Of a stretch of 64,000 bases of DNA, positions 42,638 to 52,952 are shown one piece after another. The notes below the pieces were generated by a model. The model saw nothing but the letters and a program-made list of their open reading frames with translations, searched no databases and was not told the origin of the DNA. The number at the start of each line of letters is the position of its first letter. Within the stretch, counting starts at the first letter, position 1. Origin of the DNA: an uncultured Verrucomicrobiae bacterium (GTDB taxonomy: Bacteria > Verrucomicrobiota > Verrucomicrobiia > Chthoniobacterales > Chthoniobacteraceae); NCBI GenBank assembly GCA_963769025.1, contig CAVYKI010000009.1, forward strand, positions 224,001-288,000, written 5' to 3'. Position numbers and translations under genes: made by a program.

Positions 42638-44030
42638 ATGAATTCCTCCCCTCGCTTCAAGCTGTTCCTCATGATGGTCCTGGAAATCGCCATCTGGGGC
42701 GCGTGGCTTCCGCTCATCTTCGGCTATCTCCCGAGCCTCGGCTTTTCCGCCACGCATCCGCCCGAGGCGCTGAAGGGCTTCGTCTCGCTGCTGCATCCGT
42801 GGATCGCGGCGCTGTTCTCCGAACAGGCGATGATCCTGAATGCGTTCCCCGTCGCCGCGATCATCGGGATGTTTTTCAGCAACCAGTTTGCCGACCGTAA
42901 TTTTGCCGCGGAGAAATTCCTCGCCTTCAGCCATCTCATCGGCGGCGCGGCGATCCTCGGCTGCGGGTTCACGAAGGACTTCTGGCCGTTCTTCTCGCTG
43001 ATGTTCGTGCACTGCCTGCTCTACGTGCCGACGCTCTCGATCACGAACTCCATCGCCTTCGCCAACATGAAGGACCCGCAGAAGGAATTCGGCATCATCC
43101 GCATGGGCGGCACCTTCGGGTGGATTTTCGTCGCGTGGCCTTTCACCTTCATCCTCGTGGATTGGGATAAGGTGTGCGGCCGCGGATCCGCAGGGCATCA
43201 AGGCTTGGTTCGACGTGGTCTTTGCTTCCGGCCTCACGGGCGACGCGATGAAGGCGGCGACGAAATGGACCTTCATCGTTGCCGGCGGCATCTCGCTCGT
43301 GCTCGCCGCGTTCAGCCTCACGCTGCCGCATACGCCGGCAAAGAAGAAGGAGGAGGGCGCGCGCGAAAGTCTCGCCTGGCTGGAGGCGATCAAGCTCCTG
43401 AAGCACCCGTTCGTGCTCATCCTGTTCATCGTCACGTTCGTCGATTCCTTCGTCCACAACTGCTACTTCAACTGGACCGGCACCTTCCTCGGCACCGCGA
43501 AGGAGGCGGGCGGCGTCGGCATCCCGGGCAACTGGATCATGCCCGTGATGACCATCGGCCAGGTCGCCGAAATCCTGACGATGCTCGTGCTCGGCGTGAC
43601 GCTGAAGGCGCTCGGTTGGCGGATGACGATGATCATCGGCGTCCTCGGCCACGCGGCGCGCTTTGCGGTGTATGCGTTCTTCCCGGATTCACCGTCGTTC
43701 ATCATCACGGTGCAGATCCTCCACGGCGTCTGCTACGCATTCTTCTTCGCCACGGTGTACATTTTTGTGGATGCGTATTTCCCGAAGGACGCACGGGCCA
43801 GCGCGCAGGGATTGTTCAACGTGATGATCCTCGGCGTCGGCGCGCTCGTCGCGAATTCCATCTGCCCGGTGCTGATCCAGGAGACGTTCAAGCACGGCGA
43901 CAAGGTGGACTTCCGCGGCCTCTTCATGGTGCCGACCTACGCCGCGCTCGGTGCCGCCGCAGCGCTGCTGCTGCTTTTCCATCCGCCAAAGGTGAACCCC
44001 CAAGGCAGGCCGGCCACCACCTCGCACTAA
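42638..44030 (+). CDS. MFS transporter, nucleoside:H+ symporter (NupG/XapB-like); frameshift near 43180
   Basis: Multiple TM helices, IWGAW, QFADR, IRMGGTFGWI, GQVAEI, LHGVCYAFFF, RASAQG. Confidence 0.87.
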
Positions 44031-44084
44031 GGCGGGTGTACAGAGACCGCAAACGCCCTGTGAGTGAAGCGGGCCTGGCGCAGC

Positions 44085-46235
44085 CTAATCGCCCGTGGTC
44101 GCCACTTTCCCCGACGGCAGCGCCGTGAAGTATTCGATGTAGCCGAGCATCATTTCGTCCACGGTCTGCGCGCCCCATCGGACGGTCTTGGTCGGGTCGG
44201 GGTTGGCCTTGTTGGCGGCGCTGTTGTCGTAGGTGGCGGTGATTTTCACCCTGCTGCCGCGAGGGAGCACTCGCGGCTCCTTGTATTGGTAGCGGAGCTG
44301 CCAGTTGAAGTCGTAGCGCGGGATGTCCAGCAGCGTCTCGGATTTTCCGTCGGCGTAGATGACTTCAAACTTGAACGCCTTTCCACGCACGTGCATGTGC
44401 GCGAGCAGCGCGGTGACGGGCATGTCGAACGGCACGGCCTGCTGCGCGGTCTCGACGTGGTTCGCTTCGCCGGGCGGGATGTTCAGGCGGCGCCCTGCGA
44501 TGGCCGCCGTGTGCATCGCAAACCGGGGCGGCTGCTTTGCAAAGATGAGGCCCATCCGGAGCTGGTCCTGCGTCGCCTTGCCGTTCGGCGTGTAGTGAAT
44601 CTGGAAGCTGACCGTTGCGCCCGCGGGCAGTTTGCGCGCGAAGCCCTCGGGATAAACGCGCCCGCTGTTTCCCGGCACGTAGGCGGCCCAGTAGCCGCTG
44701 TTGCCTTCATCCCCGCCGCCCCGGATGCGCGCGCCCTTCTCGTGGACCTGCACGATGACGTGGTGAACGACCTCGCGCGCCGTCGGCATGATCTCATACG
44801 CCTGCACCCAGCGATCCTCGGTGAGCGTCGTCTCCACGGACGTGAACTGGTAAGGCATGAAGCCCTCGGCCTTCACCGCGATGGGTTGCTTGAGCTGCAC
44901 GATGAGGTCCGGCTTTCCGATGCTCCATTCCTCGGAAAACTTCAGCGGGGCGGGCGCGTCGGCGGGGTTTCCGAGCGGACGGTCGGCGGACGCGAGCCAC
45001 GCGAGAAGGTCGGCCTTGTCGCGCGGGGAAAGCGAGTGGTCGTTGGCCCACGGATTCGGCTGCCCCTCCGGGACGGGCGCCGCGGACCACGGCGGCATCG
45101 CGCCGTCCTCAATCACGCGCCTGATGGTCTTTGCCCGGTCGGTCACGTCGGCGAGGTCATCGAGCGCGAAGGGGCCGACGCCTTTGTCGTGGTGGCACTG
45201 CACGCAGTTTTGCTGGAGGATGCGCGCGACGTCACGGTGGTAGGTGACCTGTGTCGCGGTGGCGGCGGCGGTCGCGGGGATATCGAGTTCGCATCCCGGT
45301 GCGTCGGTCGCGGCGATGAGCGGACGCTTCCCGGCTAGCAAGGCGTTCACGGCGTCGAGCAGGTAGCTCTCGCGCGGTAAGTCGAGGTTGTAGCTCACGC
45401 CGTACTGGTCATCGAGCGCGCCGCGGTAGATGAGCGTGCGTTTCGCATCCAGCAGGAAGACCTCCGTGGTCGTCCGGGCGTGGAGTGCCTGCGTGAGGGC
45501 TTTGCTGGCGTCGTGTACATACGGGGCAGTGATGCCCTGCTCCTTGAGTTGCGCGGTGATTGCATCCGACTTTTCGCTGGCAAAGGGATTCACGAGCAGC
45601 AGCGCGATGTTGCGCGAGCGCAGTTCCTTCTCCAGGCGCGCGAGGCTTGGAGCGTAGCGCTTGCTCACCGGGCACGTCGTGCTCGTGAACGCAATGGCGA
45701 GGCCCGCCTGCGATTTCCAATCGCTGAGGCTGTGCTTTTTCCCGTCGAGCGTGGTGAAGGCAATGTCGGCCACCTGCCGGCCCACGCCGACATCGCCCGG
45801 TTTCAACTGCTTCGGGCCTTGCATGACCGGCGCGACCGGCGTCGTGGTGCCCGCCGCGCCGGGTGCCACGGGGATCTTGCCGCGGCGATCCAGAAAACGC
45901 TGAAGCAGATTCCCAAGACGTCCGCCATTGGCTCCCGCGGCCGGTGTGCCAGTGGAGGCCGTCGCCTTGGCGGCATCCCGCTCCTGCTTCATCGCAGTCA
46001 GCACCTGCAACGCTTCGTCGTGCGTGATGATGCCGTCTTTGGTCAGGTCAAATTTGGCGAATGTCTCCGGGTTCGGCAGTTCGACCGGCGTCACCTTCCC
46101 GTCGCCGTTTTTGTCCGCCCATTTGAAAATATCCCCGGCGGTCGCACCCTTCGGCGGGCCATCGGCGCGGGATTTGTGGGAGGGCACCGCGAGAGTCACG
46201 AGCGAGCATGCGAGGAGGATGGCGGGATTCTTCAT
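44085..46235 (-). CDS. Secreted multidomain protein: EF-hands, redoxin, c-type haem, copper monooxygenase-like domains
   Basis: DKNGDGKVTPVE and DLTKDGIITHDE; TTCPVS…YRGALDD; CVQCH; VHHV, HMHVRG, DEMM. Confidence 0.85.
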   Translation of the reverse strand: MKNPAILLACSLVTLAVPSHKSRADGPPKGATAGDIFKWADKNGDGKVTPVELPNPETFAKFDLTKDGIITHDEALQVLTAMKQERDAAKATASTGTPAAGANGGRLGNLLQRFLDRRGKIPVAPGAAGTTTPVAPVMQGPKQLKPGDVGVGRQVADIAFTTLDGKKHSLSDWKSQAGLAIAFTSTTCPVSKRYAPSLARLEKELRSRNIALLLVNPFASEKSDAITAQLKEQGITAPYVHDASKALTQALHARTTTEVFLLDAKRTLIYRGALDDQYGVSYNLDLPRESYLLDAVNALLAGKRPLIAATDAPGCELDIPATAAATATQVTYHRDVARILQQNCVQCHHDKGVGPFALDDLADVTDRAKTIRRVIEDGAMPPWSAAPVPEGQPNPWANDHSLSPRDKADLLAWLASADRPLGNPADAPAPLKFSEEWSIGKPDLIVQLKQPIAVKAEGFMPYQFTSVETTLTEDRWVQAYEIMPTAREVVHHVIVQVHEKGARIRGGGDEGNSGYWAAYVPGNSGRVYPEGFARKLPAGATVSFQIHYTPNGKATQDQLRMGLIFAKQPPRFAMHTAAIAGRRLNIPPGEANHVETAQQAVPFDMPVTALLAHMHVRGKAFKFEVIYADGKSETLLDIPRYDFNWQLRYQYKEPRVLPRGSRVKITATYDNSAANKANPDPTKTVRWGAQTVDEMMLGYIEYFTALPSGKVATTGD

Positions 46236-46348
46236 GGATAAGGTGCAAATGGCAGATACCCGAACACCGCAAAGGTGCCTTGGTTGCTGCATTGCGGGAC
46301 GTCGGGCTCGTCCTGAAGGTTACTCCCGGCTCGTGGCACCGGCGAGTG

Positions 46349-46525
46349 CTAGAATTCCGCGCAGTTGAACACAATCCGGTATCGGCAGCGCTCACTGCGG
46401 CAGACCACCTTGCACTTTTCCGAAATCAGCTTCGCGCCGCACACGGGGCACACGCTGTCTGGCGAGGACGGCTCCGCTGACAAATCGGCCGGTCCAAGTG
46501 TTGATGCAGGCTCGGGCTTCTTCAT
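46349..46525 (-). CDS. Small Cys-rich zinc-finger protein (58 aa; HVO_2523-like), not in the ORF track
   Basis: Hand translation MKKPEPASTLGPADLSAEPSSPDSVCPVCGAKLISEKCKVVCRSERCRYRIVFNCAEF*. Its ATG overlaps the hicA stop (TGATG). Confidence 0.75.
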   Translation of the reverse strand: MKKPEPASTLGPADLSAEPSSPDSVCPVCGAKLISEKCKVVCRSERCRYRIVFNCAEF

Positions 46526-46719
46526 CACGCACCCTTGGGAATATCCATGCCCAAGCGACGGCAGATGCTTCGGGCGAGATGTCTCTTGATTTCCTGATGC
46601 CGCGGAACCGCTTCCCGAATGCCGCTCGCAGGATTTGTGTAGATGGAATGGGACGCGCCTTCGCGGAGAAATTTGCAGCCGCCTGCTTCCAGATGCCGAA
46701 TCAGCTCGCGCCGCTTCAC
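46525..46719 (-). CDS. hicA: HicA-family toxin
   Basis: VKRRELIRHLEAGGCKFLREGASHSIY…VPRHQEI…ICRRLG. GTG start overlaps the hicB stop. Confidence 0.9.
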   Translation of the reverse strand: MKRRELIRHLEAGGCKFLREGASHSIYTNPASGIREAVPRHQEIKRHLARSICRRLGMDIPKGA

Positions 46720-46934
46720 GCCACGGCGAGCACGGTTTTCACGGCATGAGGGTCGTCGCGCAGGGCTTCCTCCTCGTTGACTTCGAGCACGAGCTTCACC
46801 GCCGCCGCGAGATCGCGCAGGCACTCCTCCTCGGTCTCACCCTGCCCGTTCGCTCCCGGCACTTCGAGGCAAGTCGCCCAGAAGCCTCCTTCGTCCGGTT
46901 CTCCACGATGCAGGATGGCGGTGAGATTTCGCAT
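46716..46934 (-). CDS. hicB: Short HicB-family antitoxin with no DNA-binding domain
   Basis: GGFWATCLEVPGANGQGETEEECLRDLAAAV. Confidence 0.88.
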   Translation of the reverse strand: MRNLTAILHRGEPDEGGFWATCLEVPGANGQGETEEECLRDLAAAVKLVLEVNEEEALRDDPHAVKTVLAVA

Positions 46935-46996
46935 GGGCCGAACTTACCCCGCTGGTTTGGGACGGCAATTCAAAGCTGCGGCGTGCAGTTGCCGTT

Positions 46997-48118
46997 TCAG
47001 ACGTTGAACCGGAATTCGACGACGTCGCCGTCCTTCATCACGTATTCCTTGCCTTCGATGCGCAGCTTGCCGGCTTCGCGGGCTTTTGCGAATGAGCCGA
47101 GCGAGATGAGGTCATCGTAGTGCGTGACCTCGGCGGCGATGAAGCCGCGCTCGAAATCGGTGTGGATGACGCCGGCCGCCGCAGGCGCCTTGTCGCCGGC
47201 GCGGATGGTCCATGCGCGTGTCTCCTGTTCGCCGGTGGTGAGGTAGGTGCGCAGGCCGAGCAGGTGATACACGGCACGGATGAGCTCGCTCACGCCGCTG
47301 CTCTTCACGCCCAGCCCGGCGAGATATTCGAGCGCCTCGGACTCGGCGAGTTCGCCCAGTTCGCTCTCGATCTGCGCGGAAATGACGACGGCCTCGGTGC
47401 CAAAATGAGTCGCAGCGTACGACCGGACGGCCTCGACGAACGGCTTTGCCACGCAGTCCTTGCCCTCGGCGAGCGCGCCGAGATCGGCCTCGGCCACGTT
47501 GCAGGCGAAGATCGTCGGCTTGCCGGAGAGGAGGAAGAATTCCTTCATCAGCTTCTTCTCGTCGTCGGAAAGGTCGAGGGTCGTCGCGGGCTTCCCGGCG
47601 TCGAGATGCGGAATCAGCTTTTCGCAAAGCGCGATTTCCGCCTTGGCCTCCTTGTCCCCGCTGCGCGCGCCTTTCGTCTGGCGTTCCTTCCGCTTTTCGA
47701 CCGCAGCGAGATCGGAGAGGATCAGTTCGGTGTTGATGATTTCAATGTCGCGCACGGGATCCACCGTGCCGGAGACGTGATGGATGTCCGCGTCCTCAAA
47801 GCAGCGCACGACCTGCACGATGGCGTTCACCTCGCGGATGTGGCTGAGGAACTGGTTGCCGAGCCCTTCGCCCGCGCTCGCGCCTTTCACGAGACCGGCG
47901 ATGTCCACAAACTCGATCGCCGCAGGCACGAGCTTCTTCGAGCCGCTGAGCTTGCTGAGCACTTCCAGGCGGGAATCCGGCACGGTCACGACGCCGACGT
48001 TCGGGTCGATCGTGCAGAACGGATAATTCGCCGCCTGCGCCTTGCGGGTGCGGGTGACGGCGTTGAAGAGGGTGGATTTGCCGACGTTTGGAAGGCCGAC
48101 GATGCCTGCGCTTAGCAT
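46997..48118 (-). CDS. ychF: Redox-regulated ATPase YchF
   Basis: [41 protein letters not shown]. Confidence 0.97.
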   Translation of the reverse strand: MLSAGIVGLPNVGKSTLFNAVTRTRKAQAANYPFCTIDPNVGVVTVPDSRLEVLSKLSGSKKLVPAAIEFVDIAGLVKGASAGEGLGNQFLSHIREVNAIVQVVRCFEDADIHHVSGTVDPVRDIEIINTELILSDLAAVEKRKERQTKGARSGDKEAKAEIALCEKLIPHLDAGKPATTLDLSDDEKKLMKEFFLLSGKPTIFACNVAEADLGALAEGKDCVAKPFVEAVRSYAATHFGTEAVVISAQIESELGELAESEALEYLAGLGVKSSGVSELIRAVYHLLGLRTYLTTGEQETRAWTIRAGDKAPAAAGVIHTDFERGFIAAEVTHYDDLISLGSFAKAREAGKLRIEGKEYVMKDGDVVEFRFNV

Positions 48119-48204
48119 GATGTGTTTTTCTTGGAAAAGTGGGCGCGCAATTCAGCGCACGCGACTTGCCATGTCCAGCGTGGAAGGCCGCGAGCGTTTC
48201 CGCC

Positions 48205-48954
48205 TTACGCGATCCGCGAGGTCAGACCGCCGTCGATCGTCAGCGTGTCCCCGGTGATATAGTCGTTCTTCACGAGCATCAGGATCACATCGGCCACCTG
48301 CTCGGACGTGCCCTCGCGGTGCAGCGGGATGCGCTGTTCGAGGTTCAGCTTCTTCTGCTCGGCGCTCATGTGCTCGTGGAATTTCGTGCGGATGACGCCC
48401 GGCGCGACGCAGTTCACGCGGATGTTGTCGTTCGCCAGCTCCCGCGCCATCGCGCGCGTGAGCTGCGGCAGCGCGCCCTTCACGGCCTGGTACGCGACGG
48501 CGCCCATCACGCCGAGTTTCCCGGCCGTCGAGGAGATGAGAATGATCGCGCCTTCCTTGCCCTTCCGGATGTGCGGCACCGCTGCGCGGGAAAGGTGATA
48601 GACGGCGTGGACATGCACGTCGAACGCCCCGTTCCACGCCTCCGGTGTCACTTCCAGCAGCCCGCCCGGCACCGCCCCGCCCGCCGCATGCACGAGCACA
48701 TCCAGCCGCCCGAGCGCCGTCGCGGCCTCTTCGACGAGCCGCGTGCAGTCCGCCGCGACGCCGCAATCACCCGTGATGATTTCGCATTTGCGGCCGAGCG
48801 CCTCGATCTCGCGCTTCGTGTGCTTTGCGTCCTCGTCGTTGTGCCGTCCGGAGATGGCCACATCCCCGCCCTCCTTCGCGAACGCGATGGCCGTGGCGGC
48901 GCCGATGCCGCGTGTGCCGCCTGTGACGAGTGCTGCCTTGCCGTGGAGTTGCAT
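48205..48954 (-). CDS. Short-chain dehydrogenase/reductase
   Basis: TGGTRGIG, YQAVK, RVNCVAPG, IDGG. Confidence 0.92.
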   Translation of the reverse strand: MQLHGKAALVTGGTRGIGAATAIAFAKEGGDVAISGRHNDEDAKHTKREIEALGRKCEIITGDCGVAADCTRLVEEAATALGRLDVLVHAAGGAVPGGLLEVTPEAWNGAFDVHVHAVYHLSRAAVPHIRKGKEGAIILISSTAGKLGVMGAVAYQAVKGALPQLTRAMARELANDNIRVNCVAPGVIRTKFHEHMSAEQKKLNLEQRIPLHREGTSEQVADVILMLVKNDYITGDTLTIDGGLTSRIA

Positions 48955-48987
48955 GAGTGTGGGGTGGGTTTGAGATTTTCGGTCGGT

Positions 48988-50025
48988 TCAGATCAGCGCG
49001 GTCTCCTCGGGCCAGCCGCAGAGGATGTTCAGGCATTGCACGGCCTGGCCGGCGGCGCCCTTCACGAGGTTGTCCTCGGCCGAAAGCAGCACGACGCGGC
49101 CCGTGCGCGCATCGTGCCGGAATGCGAGATCCACGAAGTTCGTCCCGGTGACGTGCTTCGTGTCCGGCAGCTCCTTTTCCCCGAGCAGCCGGACGAAACG
49201 CTCGCTCCCGTACGCTTCCTTCCACGCGTTTGCAAAATGCCACGGCTCGATGCCCTCCTCGGGCGCGGCGTAGATGGTCGTGTGGATGCCGCGGTTCACC
49301 GGGATGAGATGCGGCGTAAAGTTGACCCGCACGCTGCTGCCCGCGGCGATGCTCAGCTCCTGCTCGATCTCCGCGAGGTGCCGGTGCTTCGGCACGCCGT
49401 AGGCGCGGACGCTCTCGTTGCATTCCGCAAAAAGGTAATCGGTCTTCGCATTGCGCCCCGCGCCGCTCACGCCGCTCATGCTGAAAATGCAGATGCTGCC
49501 CGGATGCACGAGCCGCCGCCGGAGCAGCGGGACGAGCGGGACGAGCACGCTCGTGGGATAGCAGCCCGGGCATGCGACGACCTGCGCATCCTTGATTTTC
49601 TCACGGTAAAGTTCCGGCAATCCGTACACCGCCGCCGCCGCGAGTTCCGGCGCGTGATGCTTCTCGCCGTAAAATTCCTCGTACACCGCGAGATCCTTGA
49701 TCCGGAAGTCCGCGCTGAGATCGAGCACCCGCAGCCCGGCCTTCACGAGCGGCGCCGCGTATTCGGAAGCCACGCCGTGCGGCAACGCGAGAAACACAAT
49801 GCGCGCACCCGTCGCGAGGATCGCCTCCGCCGTCGAATCAATGAACTTCAGCGCCGCGTAACGCGTGCCCGCGAATCGCGGATAGACGGACGCGAGCGCC
49901 TGCCCCGCGAGCTGCCGCGAAGTGATCGCGGCAATCTCCGCATGCGGATGCCGCGAGAGCAGCCGGACGAGTTCCTCGCCCGAATATCCGCTGGCACCGA
50001 CGACGACGACTTTTTCGAGACTCAT
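48988..50025 (-). CDS. argC: N-acetyl-gamma-glutamyl-phosphate reductase
   Basis: GASGYSG, ALPHG, DLSADFR, PGCYPT, SGVSGAG, DNLVKGAAGQA. Confidence 0.96.
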   Translation of the reverse strand: MSLEKVVVVGASGYSGEELVRLLSRHPHAEIAAITSRQLAGQALASVYPRFAGTRYAALKFIDSTAEAILATGARIVFLALPHGVASEYAAPLVKAGLRVLDLSADFRIKDLAVYEEFYGEKHHAPELAAAAVYGLPELYREKIKDAQVVACPGCYPTSVLVPLVPLLRRRLVHPGSICIFSMSGVSGAGRNAKTDYLFAECNESVRAYGVPKHRHLAEIEQELSIAAGSSVRVNFTPHLIPVNRGIHTTIYAAPEEGIEPWHFANAWKEAYGSERFVRLLGEKELPDTKHVTGTNFVDLAFRHDARTGRVVLLSAEDNLVKGAAGQAVQCLNILCGWPEETALI

Positions 50026-50125
50026 GGTCCGCTGAGAAAACGGCTTCGCGCCGCGCACTCCAAGCGCAAAACCTCCGCTGGCGGGATTCAGCGATGCAAC
50101 ACGGCACGTTTCCGAGCCGATCGGC

Positions 50126-52327
50126 TCAGAACGGCAGCGGGAATTTGCGGCTGAAGGCGTGGACTTCCTCGCGGATTTTGGCGACGGCGGCGGCGTCTTC
50201 GCGGGCTTCGAGGACGCGGTGGAGGAAGTCGGCGATGTCCATCATTTCCTCCTCCTTCATGCCGCGCGTGGTGACGGCGGGGGTGCCGACGCGGATGCCG
50301 CCGCCTTTCGTGATCGGCTCGGTGTCGAAGGGGATGCCGTTCTTGTTCACGGTGATGCCGGCCTGGTCGAGGACGTCGCTGGCGAGCGCGCCGTTGAGGC
50401 CCTTCGGGCGCAGGTCCACGAGCATGAGGTGATTGTCCGTGCCGCCGCTGACGATGCGGTAGCCGTGGTGCGCGAGGCGCGCGGCGAGGGCCTTGGCGTT
50501 GGTGACGACCTGCGCGGCGTATTCCTTGAACGACGGCTGGAGCGCCTCGTGGAAGCAGACGGCCTTCGCGGCGATGACGTGTTCGAGCGGGCCGCCCTGG
50601 ATGCCGGGGAAGACCTGGCTGTCGATGCCCTTCGCGTATTTTTCCTTGCAGATGATGATGCCGCCGCGCGGGCCGCGCAGGCTCTTGTGCGTGGTCGTGG
50701 TGGTGAAGTCGGCGATGGGGCACGGGGTTCGGATGCTGGCCGCCCGCGACGAGTCCGGCGATGTGCGCCATGTCCACGAAGAGGTATGCGCCCACGCTGT
50801 CGGCGATCTCGCGCATGCGCTGCGAAATCGATGATGCGCGGATAGGCGCTCGCCCCGGCGGTGATCATCTTCGGCTTCACTTCGAGCGCGACCTTCGCGA
50901 GTGCGTCGTAGTCGATGCGCTCGTCCTTTTCGCTCACGCCGTAGTGCGTGACGGCGTAGAAGCGTCCGGAGAAATTCGCCTTGTGCCCGTGCGTGAGATG
51001 GCCGCCGTGCGCGAGGTTCATCGTGAGGATTTTGTCGCCGGGCTGGAGGACGGAAAAATAGACGGCGGTGTTCGCCTGCGAGCCGGAGTGCGGCTGGACG
51101 TTCGCGTGCTCGGAGCCGGGGAAGAGCTGCTTCACGCGATCGATCGCGAGCTGTTCGACGACGTCCACATTCTCACACCCGCCATACCAGCGGCGGCCGG
51201 GGTAGCCCTCGGCGTATTTGTTCGTGAGGCAGGAGCCCTGCGCCTCCATGACGGCGCGCGCTGGTGAAATTCTCCGACTGGCGATCAGCTCGATGTTTTC
51301 GAACTGCCGCTTGTGCTCGTGCTCGATGGCGGTGAACACGGCGCTGTCCACCTCGGCGAGCGTGTCGCCGCCTGCATCCGCGCCCTGGTCCATCTTCTCG
51401 ACGCGGCGCGCGTGGCGTCCGCCCTCGAATTCCGCGCTGAGGAACGCCTCGACGATCGCCGGCGCCGCGTTCGGCGCGACATTCACCGAGCCGAGGCAAA
51501 GGACGTTCGCGTTGTTGTGCTGCCGCGTGGTGCGCGCGTCGTTTGCGTTCGTCACGACTGCGGCGCGGATGCCCTTGTGGCGGTTTGCGGAGATGCTCAT
51601 GCCGATGCCGGTCTTGCAGATGAGGACGCCGAAATCCGCCTCGCCCGAGAGGACCTGCTGGGAAACGAGTGCGGCGTAATCGGGGTAGTCCACGGAGTCC
51701 GTGCTCTCGGTTCCGAGATCATGGACGGTGTATCCATGCTCGCGGAGGAAACCGCGCAGGGCGGCTTTCACCTCCACGCCGCCGTGGTCGGCGCCGAGCG
51801 CGATGCGGACGGTGGTGCTGGGATTGGTGGTGGACTGTGCTGGTGTGGTGGCGTTGCTCATTTCGGTGGAATCGATGAATTGGAGGATGCTCGGGACGGC
51901 TTTGGAAAGGATGTCGCGGGTCTGGAGGTAGGCGTGCAGGCCGAGGCCGATGGGGTCGGGCACCTCGGGGAAGTCCTGGAGCTCGGGCGTGAATTCGCAG
52001 GCGAGCCACGCCTTGTTCGCGGCTTCGGGAAAAAAGGTGAGGATCGCGTCGAGATGCGAGCGCGTCATCGCGAAGATGTGCGTGGCCCATTCGCACGAGA
52101 TCGTCGCTCAGCGGCTGCGAGCGGATGCCAGCGATGTCGATTTTCCAATGGCGCAGCGCCTCGACGCCGTTGTCGCTGGGCCGCTGTCCGTAGCCGGTCG
52201 CGACGCCGGCCGAGGCGACCTCGATGTCACGGCGATTCTGTGCGGCGTGGCGCAGGAGCCCCTCCGCCATCGGGCTGCGGCAGATGTTGCCGGTGCAGAC
52301 GAAAAGGATGCGTTTTGGATTGGCCAC
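50126..52327 (-). CDS. glyA: Triple fusion: low-molecular-weight protein phosphatase, ribose-5-phosphate isomerase B, serine hydroxymethyltransferase (several indels)
   Basis: [14 protein letters not shown]…[73 protein letters not shown]. Phosphatase C-half, RpiB and GlyA N-part share one stop-free frame (ORF 50347-52068). Confidence 0.88.
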
Positions 52328-52435
52328 GGTGAAGAATGGGAAATTTACAGGGACGATTGCGGCGCCGCAACTCCGAACGTCCACTTTGCCCGCTCAGTCG
52401 CTTGCGCAAACGGGTCGCGCGGGAATAATGACGGC

Positions 52436-52909
52436 ATGATGCGCCACCTTATCCGCCTTTTGCCGTGCCTCCTTGTGGTTTTCGTGACCGGGTGTTCGAC
52501 GTATGGAAAACGATTTGCCGAGGCTTCGAAAATTCCCGCAAAGCCCGGGCATTTCGCCGGCGCCTACTCGGGGAGATGGATGAGCGCGAAGTCCCCCGGC
52601 TCGGGCGGAAACCTGCGGTGCATCCTCTCGCCGGTGAACGCCTCGGACTACCGTGCGGACTTTCACGCGACATGGCATGGCTTCGCGTCCGAGCACTCGG
52701 TGGTGATCCATACGAAACCGTCGGCACGCGGCAAGGCCGGCAGCCGGGACTTCGAGGGAACGAGCAAGGTGCGCACACCGATCGGTGCCGGGACGTACAC
52801 ATGCCGGGGCACCCTGAGTTTTCGTGAAATGCTGGCGGGCTACGACGCGACGTATGATCGTGGGACGTTTGAACTTGTCCGCATCGCGCCTGGGAGCGCG
52901 GGCCGCTGA
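52436..52909 (+). CDS. Hypothetical lipoprotein
   Basis: MMRHLIRLLPCLLVVFVTGC lipobox; beta-rich mature domain. Confidence 0.7.
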   Translation: MMRHLIRLLPCLLVVFVTGCSTYGKRFAEASKIPAKPGHFAGAYSGRWMSAKSPGSGGNLRCILSPVNASDYRADFHATWHGFASEHSVVIHTKPSARGKAGSRDFEGTSKVRTPIGAGTYTCRGTLSFREMLAGYDATYDRGTFELVRIAPGSAGR

Positions 52910-52952
52910 GTCTGCGGTTGACTCATCATTCGGCCAGCCCTACAGGGGCCGG

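Noticed and set aside
46334..46352. CIRCE-like GGCAC…GAGTGCTAG
   Set aside because: Spacer too short, left arm poor, and not upstream of a chaperone gene.
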